Assembly (NCBI GenBank): GCA_025839675.1
Contig: CP104013.1
Location: 390,001-422,000, forward strand
Origin: Candidatus Lokiarchaeum ossiferum
GTDB lineage: Archaea > Asgardarchaeota > Lokiarchaeia > Sigyniarchaeales > Promethearchaeaceae
Reading direction: 5' to 3'
Length of the DNA: 32,000 nt
Positions 1 through 7,616 of this stretch are shown piece by piece. Positions within the stretch are counted from its first letter, which is position 1; each line of letters starts with the position of its first letter. Below the pieces are notes generated by a model. The model did not search any database. It was not told the origin of the DNA and saw only the letters and a list, made by a program, of their open reading frames with translations. The position numbers were made by a program, and so were the translations under genes.

Positions 1-841
1 TTGCGGGTAACATTTCACCATGAGTATAAATATCTATTCCTTCTTTTTCAGTTTGCTGCAATAATTCATAAAGATCTAGCAAATCATGGCCTGTTATTAA
101 GATTGCAGGCTTATTCCCAACTCCAAGATTAACATCTGTTGGTTCAGGGTGTCCGTAAGTTGTGGTATTTGCTTGATCTAATAAAGCCATCACTTTAACT
201 CCAAAAGCCCCTGTATCATCTACGAGTTTGAGTAATTCATCTATAGTTAAATCAGTTCGTAGCATCGTTGCTAAAGCGGATTCTATAAATTTCCAAATTT
301 CGGTATTTTCATATCCAAGGGGAAGAGCATGATCTGCATAAGCCGCAATTCCCTTAAGACCATATAAAACAAGTGAAATTAAAGCTCTAATATCTTCATT
401 GGCTATTGCATTTTGATTTACTGCATATCCTTTTTCCGTTAAATGATTTAAACTTTCAATATTTACTTCTTCATTCCAATTAGCGGCTTCAGGAATATTT
501 TCAGAAAATTCTTCATTATTTTTCTTGGAGAACTCCTTTAAGAAAAGAGATTTCATGTCTTCTTTTAATTTTAAACCTTCTGCTAATTTAATTAAAGCCC
601 AATCTAAATCAAAATTTGCATTTGTAATAGTTGCAAACAAAATTTTGATTATATAATGCGAAATCTCACTTTGCTGTAAATCAAGATTTCGTGCTTTTGT
701 CTGCCAATAGGCTAATCCTTTGAGATTGTATATTAATAAATCTTGGAGATTTGCAACATCGGCCTTAATTCCGCAAATGCCATTTACCGTGCATCCTTTG
801 CCTCCAGAAGCTTCTTGGCATTGGTAACAAAACATTTTCAT
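1..841 (-). CDS. hcp: Hybrid-cluster protein / hydroxylamine reductase. Only the N-terminal ~280 codons are present; the 3' part lies beyond the window start.
   Basis: My own minus-strand translation starts MKMFCYQCQEASGGKGCTVNGICGIKADVANLQDLLIYNLKGLAYW. It stays open down to position 2, ending ...LQQTEKEGIDIYTHGEMLPA. The N-terminal Cys cluster (CxxC-x7-C-x5-C) and YTHGEMLPA are Hcp hallmarks. The gene is missing from the ORF track because it is truncated. In-frame alternative ATGs lie at 853 and 835. Confidence 0.9.
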   Translation of the reverse strand, partial: MKMFCYQCQEASGGKGCTVNGICGIKADVANLQDLLIYNLKGLAYWQTKARNLDLQQSEISHYIIKILFATITNANFDLDWALIKLAEGLKLKEDMKSLFLKEFSKKNNEEFSENIPEAANWNEEVNIESLNHLTEKGYAVNQNAIANEDIRALISLVLYGLKGIAAYADHALPLGYENTEIWKFIESALATMLRTDLTIDELLKLVDDTGAFGVKVMALLDQANTTTYGHPEPTDVNLGVGNKPAILITGHDLLDLYELLQQTEKEGIDIYTHGEMLPA

Positions 842-1108
842 TTTATTTTCATGCTCCATCGAATTCAATTTAGTAAAGAATTCTTCAAGTGATCTCTACC
901 TTCAAAAAATGAAGAATTATCACACGAACATGTTCGGAAATGCCAAATCTTGAATAACGAATAAGTGAAAAGTATTAAATTATTATAAATTAAAATCAGT
1001 TTTTTTATTTTCAGGTAGGATTTTTCCTGAAACGAGCCCACATATTTTGGAAAAATTGGATTTCTTCTTAAAACCAAACTTTTTACCTTCTCTAGAAATA
1101 TTATTGCT

Positions 1109-3199
1109 ATGCCTTTAGATCCCAAAAAAATTTTGGAATTATATGAAAAAGCGGAGAAGTTATATCTAACAGATCCAATTGAAGCGGAAAAAATTTACGA
1201 AAAATTACTTCTTCAAGATACAAATCAACAACAAATTGTGAGATATAATATTAAACTGGGATCTATTAAAGAGAAGAAAGGAGAGAATGAGGAAGCAAGG
1301 AAGTTATTCTTAGAAGCAAAATCAATTTCCGAGAAAATGGGATATCAATTTGAACTCGCAGAAGTTCTCCATGAAATAAGCAATTTTTCAATGAATGAAG
1401 GAAAATTGGATAAATCGATAAAATTAGCGAAGGAAGCTCTAAATATATTTCTAAGTTTGGAAAAAAAAGATGAAGAAATTAAAACCAGAACCACTTTAGC
1501 CTATGTTCTATATTTAAACGCCCAAATTGATGAGGCAAGAAATTTATTTGATGAAAATATTGAGAAAGTTAACGATAAAAGGGTATCAACTATGCAAAAA
1601 GCACGACTTTTTAATAGTTGTGGGTGTTTCTATGAGTCCGAAGGTAATGTTGAAAAAACTACTGCTTTTTATGAGAAAGCAAATAAATTATTCAATGAAA
1701 TAGGCGCAACAAGAGGTATTTGTGTGACTTTGGCAAATCTTGGAGAAAGTTATTTATTGACAGGAGAAATGAAGAAAGCAGAAAATGCATTTCTTAGAGG
1801 GATTGCTATAGCCAAGAAATACCAATATTATAACCTTCATACAGTTCTATTAGGAGGCTATGCCAATTATTTTATGAATTTAGGAGATTTACAAAGTGCT
1901 CAAATTCATTTTGAAAAATCTATGAAAATGCTTGAATCTACTCAGCGATACCGATCTAAAGAAGAAACTCTTTACAAGTATTCATTATATTGGATGATGA
2001 AAGGAAATACACCAAAAGCCAAAGAATTTTTGTTAGAAGCGCTTAAGATTATAAAGGAATTCAATATCACCGATTTTGCTGTTGAAGTTCTAACTTCACT
2101 TTCTGAAATCAGTTTAGGTTTTAGAAATTTCGATCAAGCAAATAGTTACCTGCAAGATGCTGATCAATATGCATGGAAAAGAAAATCTGATATAGATTTT
2201 GCAAAAATATTGATTCAAAAATCTCGAAAAGAATTGGTATTACAACAACTGGATGAGGCAAAAATGAATTTAACAAGAGCAAACTGGATTTCAGAATCTA
2301 AACATAACCTCGGATTGCAGATTAATACGTTACTCCTTCTAACTTTAGTTTATCTTAATAAATTTCAAAAAGATTCAAGTAGTGATAATTTTGATAAAGC
2401 AATGTATTATATTACCAAATCAATTGATCTTTCACGCGGAAAAGGTTTGATTCCAAAATTAATCAACTCTTTAATCATTCAAGGGATGCTTTATAGTTGT
2501 GAAAAAAATGGTGATAAAGTCAAATTAATATTTGAAGAAGCAATTTCATTGGCAGAGCAGTATAACATTCCAAATTTAGTTAGAATTTCCAAAGAATCTT
2601 ATGCTTTTTCTTCAAGAAAGCTTAAGATAAAAAAAGAAGATGATGATAAAAATATATCCAATAATTTCTATCTACAGATCGCGATTGATGAAATTAAAAG
2701 TGCAACTCGAACTTTTAATCAGAAAAGCTTAAAATCTGAGGATTTAAACAAAATTCATCTTGTATTATTTAAAGTTGATGAAATTAAAGGCCCAGATGTT
2801 GTTTTAGCAGACAATTTAGATCCTTATGACACTCATTGGCATAAAGATCTAATTTTGAGCGGTGCATTATATGCTTCAGCTTTAGGACAAGGTCATAAAT
2901 ATCATGAAGGGTTATTTGGATTTTTACCTTTTGGGGGGGAAAACTTAAGGGCGATGGTTTATGCTGTGAGAATTAAAGATGGTTCTCAAAAATCTTTCCG
3001 ACAAGCTGGAAAAGCATATTTCTTATTTACTTTGATCTTTCCAGAGGATTTCAAGCATTTATTCTTGGATCGTCAGCAAATGGAACTTGTGTTCTCAGAG
3101 GAAATATCTATGTTAGAGGATGCATCTGAACTAACCCAAAAAAAATTGATAGACATTAGTAATCATGTTCTTACCAAATTAACCAAAGATTTAATTTAA
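1109..3199 (+). CDS. TPR-repeat protein (696 aa) with a non-TPR alpha/beta-type C-terminal domain of ~150 aa
   Basis: ATG-initiated long ORF. It carries many 34-residue Ala/Tyr/Leu-patterned repeats, e.g. AEKIYEKLL, ARKLFLEAKSISEKMG and TTAFYEKANKLFNEIG. The C-terminal segment IHLVLFKVDEIKGPDVV...GLFGFLPFGGENLRAMVYAVRI...AYFLFTLIFP is not TPR-like. Confidence 0.75.
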   Translation: MPLDPKKILELYEKAEKLYLTDPIEAEKIYEKLLLQDTNQQQIVRYNIKLGSIKEKKGENEEARKLFLEAKSISEKMGYQFELAEVLHEISNFSMNEGKLDKSIKLAKEALNIFLSLEKKDEEIKTRTTLAYVLYLNAQIDEARNLFDENIEKVNDKRVSTMQKARLFNSCGCFYESEGNVEKTTAFYEKANKLFNEIGATRGICVTLANLGESYLLTGEMKKAENAFLRGIAIAKKYQYYNLHTVLLGGYANYFMNLGDLQSAQIHFEKSMKMLESTQRYRSKEETLYKYSLYWMMKGNTPKAKEFLLEALKIIKEFNITDFAVEVLTSLSEISLGFRNFDQANSYLQDADQYAWKRKSDIDFAKILIQKSRKELVLQQLDEAKMNLTRANWISESKHNLGLQINTLLLLTLVYLNKFQKDSSSDNFDKAMYYITKSIDLSRGKGLIPKLINSLIIQGMLYSCEKNGDKVKLIFEEAISLAEQYNIPNLVRISKESYAFSSRKLKIKKEDDDKNISNNFYLQIAIDEIKSATRTFNQKSLKSEDLNKIHLVLFKVDEIKGPDVVLADNLDPYDTHWHKDLILSGALYASALGQGHKYHEGLFGFLPFGGENLRAMVYAVRIKDGSQKSFRQAGKAYFLFTLIFPEDFKHLFLDRQQMELVFSEEISMLEDASELTQKKLIDISNHVLTKLTKDLI

Positions 3200-3341
3200 C
3201 AAATGTAATTCATCAATTTTTAATTTAACATCTAAATGGTGCCCATTTTTTTGGAAGATGAATTTTAGATAAGTTAAGGGTACTTTCTTATTATATATTT
3301 CAAACGACAGCTTTATTTAGAAAGCATAAGTGTTTTGAATA

Positions 3342-3578
3342 ATGGATTTCAAGGAAGATCAAATATTAGATCTACGAGGAAGGCAATGCCCCATGACATT
3401 CGTCTATACTAAAGTTGCTTTAGAGAATTTAGCAACGGGCAAGGTACTGAAAGTAATCCTCGATTTTAGATCTGCGTTTTCAAATGTTCCCAAGTCTGTG
3501 AAAAAGCAAGATTTAGGAGATGTTATTCAAGAAATTGAAAATAGTGGGATAAAAACGATATGGATTCGGCGAAAATAA
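3342..3578 (+). CDS. TusA/SirA-family sulfur-carrier-like protein (78 aa)
   Basis: LDLRGRQCPMTFVYTKVALENL matches the TusA active-site region, consensus G-x-x-CP-x-P. The second Pro is Thr here. Size and beta-alpha pattern fit the family. Confidence 0.7.
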   Translation: MDFKEDQILDLRGRQCPMTFVYTKVALENLATGKVLKVILDFRSAFSNVPKSVKKQDLGDVIQEIENSGIKTIWIRRK

Positions 3579-3582
3579 CTAA

Positions 3583-4440
3583 TTAAAGAGAACATTTCTT
3601 CGTTTGCACTTTATTCAGTGTTTCACCATAATCTTCGCTTTTATAGTACGCAAACTGTGGATCCGAACACGCCTTACATGTTTTATCTCGATAAATATTT
3701 ATAAAATCAAAAGAACTCATTAAAAGGTCAAATGAAAACATCCCATCAATGTATTTTAATGGGATCCCCAACAAAGATTTGATGCATTCATTAGCTTGAA
3801 GAACTCCTGCAAAATTTGGAATTGTACCCATCACTCCTACTCCAGAACAAGAAGTGCTTTCGTCAAGTTCATATATATTTCTAAAAATACACCGATAACA
3901 TGTTGTTTTTCCTGGTACCACAGAAATGATCTGCCCAAACCACTGCACCACACCCGCAATCGTAAATGGAATTCCATGATAAATGCATGCATCATTAATG
4001 AGAAATTTGGTGGCAATATTATCACTTGCATCTAGAACATAATCGCAACCTTCCAAAATTCCTTGAATATTGTCTTTATCCAAGAATTTCTTTATTGGAA
4101 TAACTCTAACATCTGGATTCATATCCCCTATCTTTTCCATTAAACTATCCACCTTAAATTTACCAATATCAGAAGTATAATGCATTGGTTGCCGGGGAAG
4201 ATTCGTTAATTCAACGTGATCTCCATCAATTAGCTTGAGTGTCCCAACCCCCATGGAAGCGAGCATTTGAGCAATTGGACAACCTAATCCTCCTGCACCA
4301 ACAATTGCCACTGTGGAAGAAAGAAGGGCTTTCGTGCCTTTTGATCCAACTTCCCGTAACAAAATTTGTCGTGAGTATCGTTCAATTTGGTCCATTGTGA
4401 GTGTATTTTTTTCCAATGTTAATTTCTCCTTTTTCACCAT
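3583..4440 (-). CDS. E1-like adenylyltransferase of the MoeB/ThiF/HesA (UBA) family
   Basis: Family motifs present: ERYSRQILLREVG, VAIVGAGGLGCPIAQMLASMGVG (nucleotide-binding GxGxxG), the CYRC and CKAC zinc pairs, and a candidate catalytic Cys in TSCSGVGVMG. There is no rhodanese domain. Only 2 nt separate it from the upstream PP-loop gene, implying an operon. Confidence 0.85.
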   Translation of the reverse strand: MVKKEKLTLEKNTLTMDQIERYSRQILLREVGSKGTKALLSSTVAIVGAGGLGCPIAQMLASMGVGTLKLIDGDHVELTNLPRQPMHYTSDIGKFKVDSLMEKIGDMNPDVRVIPIKKFLDKDNIQGILEGCDYVLDASDNIATKFLINDACIYHGIPFTIAGVVQWFGQIISVVPGKTTCYRCIFRNIYELDESTSCSGVGVMGTIPNFAGVLQANECIKSLLGIPLKYIDGMFSFDLLMSSFDFINIYRDKTCKACSDPQFAYYKSEDYGETLNKVQTKKCSL

Positions 4441-4442
4441 AG

Positions 4443-5513
4443 TTATATTCGATATTCTTTAATAATTTCTTCGATATTTGGGCTTTTTTCCAGTGAAAAG
4501 TTTTTAAAATCTGAATTATTACTGAAAACTTCCATGTAATTCGTATTTTCTTCTGTATCAGAATATCTTAGAGTTATTTGGGCAGGTAAAATCAGATCAT
4601 CTTGTTTTTTGGGTTTAAAAATTAAAGTCATTGGGGAACTAACGTCCTTTGTTTCTATGAGTACATCTGTACTTGAAGCCCATGTTTTTAACTTTATATT
4701 TTCATCTTGGTTTTTCCCCACTATAAATTTAAGCCCTTGGTGACGAAAATGACGTCCAATGCGTAGAAATTTCATATCTGCCATTTTAGGATTCTCTGTG
4801 AAGTAAAAATAATCTCTTAAACGATTTGCAAAGTTTTTATCTGTCAAACGACAACCACCTCCCGCACAATATTGTTCAATCAGATTGAAATTGCGTCCAA
4901 GCTCCACTTGAATATTTCTCCGTCTTCCTTGAATATCCAATAAAAGTGAACGATCGATAATGCCTTCGTTTTCCATGATGGTTGGGACTAATAATTTGGC
5001 GGATAATGGCCGTAATATCCGTCCGGCTAATCCCGCTTCATTTTCAATGGTTTTTAATGCACGAATCATTTGAGATTTAGGTCTTTGACCTAAAACTTCA
5101 CCCGTGATTATAAATTGCGCCCCAATTTCATTCATATAGTCTTTGGCTCTTTTTAATATATGAATTCGGCAATCAATACATGGATTAATATTTTTACCGT
5201 AAGTAAATTTCGGATTTTTTACTAAACGTAAATAATCATCGTCTTTACTTACATGTTTGATTGGAATTTCTAACTTTTCAGCAAAAATCGCTGCGCTACA
5301 ACCTCCTGAAGAACATGTACAAAATGGAGAATGAAAAGTCATGGCATAAACATCAATACCTTGGTCGATGATTAATTTCACCGCAATAGCGCTATCTAAT
5401 CCTCCAGAAACGAGTGCAACGGCCCTAATCTTTTTTGTGTTTTGGGGAATATTTTTTGTTTTTGAGATTTTTTCTAAGTTACGAGGGAAAGATTCTCCTT
5501 GTGATAATTCCAT
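4443..5513 (-). CDS. PP-loop ATP pyrophosphatase, ThiI/MnmA-like tRNA sulfurtransferase, with no THUMP domain
   Basis: PP-loop motif ALVSGGLDSAIA. NPCIDCRIHILKRAKDYMNEIGAQFIITGEVLGQRPKSQ resembles the ThiI/MnmA core. Extra Cys motifs CTCSSGGC and CAGGGC are present. Confidence 0.75.
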   Translation of the reverse strand: MELSQGESFPRNLEKISKTKNIPQNTKKIRAVALVSGGLDSAIAVKLIIDQGIDVYAMTFHSPFCTCSSGGCSAAIFAEKLEIPIKHVSKDDDYLRLVKNPKFTYGKNINPCIDCRIHILKRAKDYMNEIGAQFIITGEVLGQRPKSQMIRALKTIENEAGLAGRILRPLSAKLLVPTIMENEGIIDRSLLLDIQGRRRNIQVELGRNFNLIEQYCAGGGCRLTDKNFANRLRDYFYFTENPKMADMKFLRIGRHFRHQGLKFIVGKNQDENIKLKTWASSTDVLIETKDVSSPMTLIFKPKKQDDLILPAQITLRYSDTEENTNYMEVFSNNSDFKNFSLEKSPNIEEIIKEYRI

Positions 5514-5650
5514 TAAGAAAAAAAGAAATTCAATATTCTTGTAGTTATTGTTTATGAAAAATAATGAAATCCTTCATTTTAGTTTTAATTCTCTATATCT
5601 TTCAATATTCCCGTGAAATTAATTGAAATTTTCACAAATTTTCCTATTCA

Positions 5651-5658
5651 TTATATAA
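5651..5658 (+). promoter_or_regulatory. Candidate archaeal TATA box for the tusA-dsrE-iscS-iscU operon
   Basis: ttatataa lies ~90 nt upstream of the ATG at 5747, in the 233-bp divergent intergenic region. The first gene has no Shine-Dalgarno sequence. The downstream genes do: GGAG before 6004 and 6423, and GAGGAG before 7617. Confidence 0.3.
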
Positions 5659-5746
5659 ATAAATAAGCAAAAATGCCTAAAATCTTTCCTTTTATTATCA
5701 CAACCAATAATTATCCGTGCGAGTAATTTCTCAATAGGTATTTATT

Positions 5747-5989
5747 ATGACAAATGAAATTAATCCCACACAAAGTCTTGATTGCATTGGATTTTTCTGT
5801 CCAGAACCATTGTTCCAAACGCGTCAAGAAATAGATGGACTCGAAATAGGGGATGTTCTGGAAGTTTTAGCTGATGATCCAGCAGCTGAAGAAGATATCG
5901 CCCGATTTTGTAAACGAACTGGACATCAATTGTTAGAATTAGAGAAAATTGGGAAAGAATTTCGATTTCTAATTAAAAAAACAAAGTAA
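5747..5989 (+). CDS. tusA: TusA-family sulfur carrier (80 aa)
   Basis: LDCIGFFCPEPLFQTRQEI contains the canonical CPxP active site. Size and DPAAEEDIARFCKRTGH match the TusA/SirA fold pattern. Confidence 0.85.
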   Translation: MTNEINPTQSLDCIGFFCPEPLFQTRQEIDGLEIGDVLEVLADDPAAEEDIARFCKRTGHQLLELEKIGKEFRFLIKKTK

Positions 5990-6003
5990 GGAGAGAGACA
6001 AAA

Positions 6004-6372
6004 ATGGAAAAAAAAAAAAAAGATTCATTATTATATATACAAACGAGCGACGATCCTGAGCGCCAATATTCACCTTTTGTGTTAGCACAATCAGCAAAAG
6101 CTATGGATATTGAAGCTCAAATTTACTTTTTAGGTCAAGGACTACGCATTTTAAAACCTGATGCAGCTGAAGCATTAAAAATGGGTGATTTCCCAACAAT
6201 TAAAGAAATGATCGAAAATACTCTCAAAATGGGTATTCCAATTTATGTGTGCGAAGCTTCCAAAAAAATGCTTGGATGGGACAAAGTGGAATTAGTAGAT
6301 GGCTTGAAAATAGTAGGTGCCGCAACTCTAAATGATTTAGTCCTTGATGCTGGCGGAACAATGTGGTTTTAA
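6004..6372 (+). CDS. DsrE/DsrF-like (COG2210-type) sulfur-relay family protein
   Basis: 122 aa. LLYIQTSDDPERQYSPFVLAQSAKAMDIEAQIYFLGQGLRIL and IYVCEASKKMLGW fit the DsrE-like Rossmann pattern, including a conserved Cys. GGAG sits 8-12 nt upstream of the ATG. Confidence 0.65.
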   Translation: MEKKKKDSLLYIQTSDDPERQYSPFVLAQSAKAMDIEAQIYFLGQGLRILKPDAAEALKMGDFPTIKEMIENTLKMGIPIYVCEASKKMLGWDKVELVDGLKIVGAATLNDLVLDAGGTMWF

Positions 6373-6422
6373 AGTTTTTTGATAGTTTTTAGTAAAATTA
6401 TATTTAATGGAGATGAAATAGG

Positions 6423-7589
6423 ATGAATAATAAAAATATATACATGGATTATCAGTCAGCGAAACCAGTGGATGCAGAAGTGATTGATTCGATGAATGAA
6501 TATCATCAAACTCGATATGGAAATCCTTCTTCCCTCCATAAAATTGGTGATGATGCTACAGAAACTCTCGATTCAAGTCGGGAAACGATTGCAAAATGGA
6601 TTCATGGAGAAAAAGATGAGATTTTATTTACAAGTGGTGCAACTGAAAGTATTAATTTAGGAATAATAGGGTATGCTCTGCGTAATAAGCGTAAAGGAAA
6701 TCATATCATAATGTCTGAAGTGGAGCACATTTCGCTTCATAACATTGCAAAATACTTAGAAAGAAATGGATTTCAAATTTCAAAGGTTCCCGTTGATCAA
6801 TATGGTCGGATAAAATTAAATAAACTTCGGTCTCGGATAAAGGAAGAGACCATTTTAATTTCTGTCCAGATGGCAAATAATGAAATTGGAACAATTCAAC
6901 CCATCAAAGAAATAGGTGAAATTGCGAAAGAAAAAGGAATCGCTTTTCATACTGATGCGGTGGCTGCAGAAGGACAAATGGATATAGATGTGCAAGCGAA
7001 TAACATTAATTTAATGACATTATCTTCTAACGATATCTATGGTCCACGAGGAGTCGGAGTTCTGTATATGCAAAAAGGCTTTCGAGTCCAACCTCTTATA
7101 ATAGGCGGAGGACAAGAACGAGGTTTTCGATCTGGGTCCGAAAACATGCCTGGAATCGTTGGTATGAAAAAAGCAGTTGATATTCTTGAACATAAAATGG
7201 GTGCGGAATTAGAACGAATGAAATTATTTCAAAAACTCTTCATTAAGGAAATTTTAGAATCAAACCCCGACACATATTTAAATGGCCATCCAGTACATCG
7301 GCTAATTAATAACTCCCATTTTAGATTTGATGGAATCGAAGGGGAATCAATTCTTTTATCCTTCAAGGATAAGAATATCGCAGTGTCCACAGGATCAGCT
7401 TGCAGTTCCAAAACACTCGAACCATCACATACTTTAATTGCTACAGGCCTTCTTCATGAAGAAGCACATGGATCATTAGAGTTAACAACTGGTCGATACA
7501 CCAGCTTAGAAGAAGTAAAAACCGTAATAGAAGAAGTTCCAGGAATCGTAAAACGGTTGCGAGATCTTTCACCTTTATACAAAAAATAA
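6423..7589 (+). CDS. iscS: Class V aminotransferase-fold cysteine desulfurase homologue (IscS/NifS-like) lacking the PLP-binding lysine
   Basis: GNPSSLH, FTSGATESINL, SEVEHISL, FHTDAVAA and the active-site loop STGSACSS are all present. Canonical S-G-H-K-I-Y-G-P-K-G reads S-S-N-D-I-Y-G-P-R-G here (codons at 7029-7034). Confidence 0.9.
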   Translation: MNNKNIYMDYQSAKPVDAEVIDSMNEYHQTRYGNPSSLHKIGDDATETLDSSRETIAKWIHGEKDEILFTSGATESINLGIIGYALRNKRKGNHIIMSEVEHISLHNIAKYLERNGFQISKVPVDQYGRIKLNKLRSRIKEETILISVQMANNEIGTIQPIKEIGEIAKEKGIAFHTDAVAAEGQMDIDVQANNINLMTLSSNDIYGPRGVGVLYMQKGFRVQPLIIGGGQERGFRSGSENMPGIVGMKKAVDILEHKMGAELERMKLFQKLFIKEILESNPDTYLNGHPVHRLINNSHFRFDGIEGESILLSFKDKNIAVSTGSACSSKTLEPSHTLIATGLLHEEAHGSLELTTGRYTSLEEVKTVIEEVPGIVKRLRDLSPLYKK

Positions 7590-7616
7590 TTTTTTATAAT
7601 TACGAGGAGAATCAAG

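Noticed and set aside
865-1125. 86-aa minus-strand ORF between hcp and the TPR gene.
   Set aside because: It sits in the divergent promoter region, overlaps the TPR start codon, has a low-complexity AT-driven composition and shows no motif.
3796-4035. Short ORFs antisense to or overlapping longer genes. They are 3796-4035, 3837-4031, 6706-6894, 7229-7411, 12510-12737, 12698-12883, 19608-19808, 21471-21656, 25917-26099, 26245-26442, 27851-28099 and 30748-31008.
   Set aside because: Each lies wholly inside or against a longer ORF carrying clear family motifs. These are typical shadow ORFs in AT-rich DNA.
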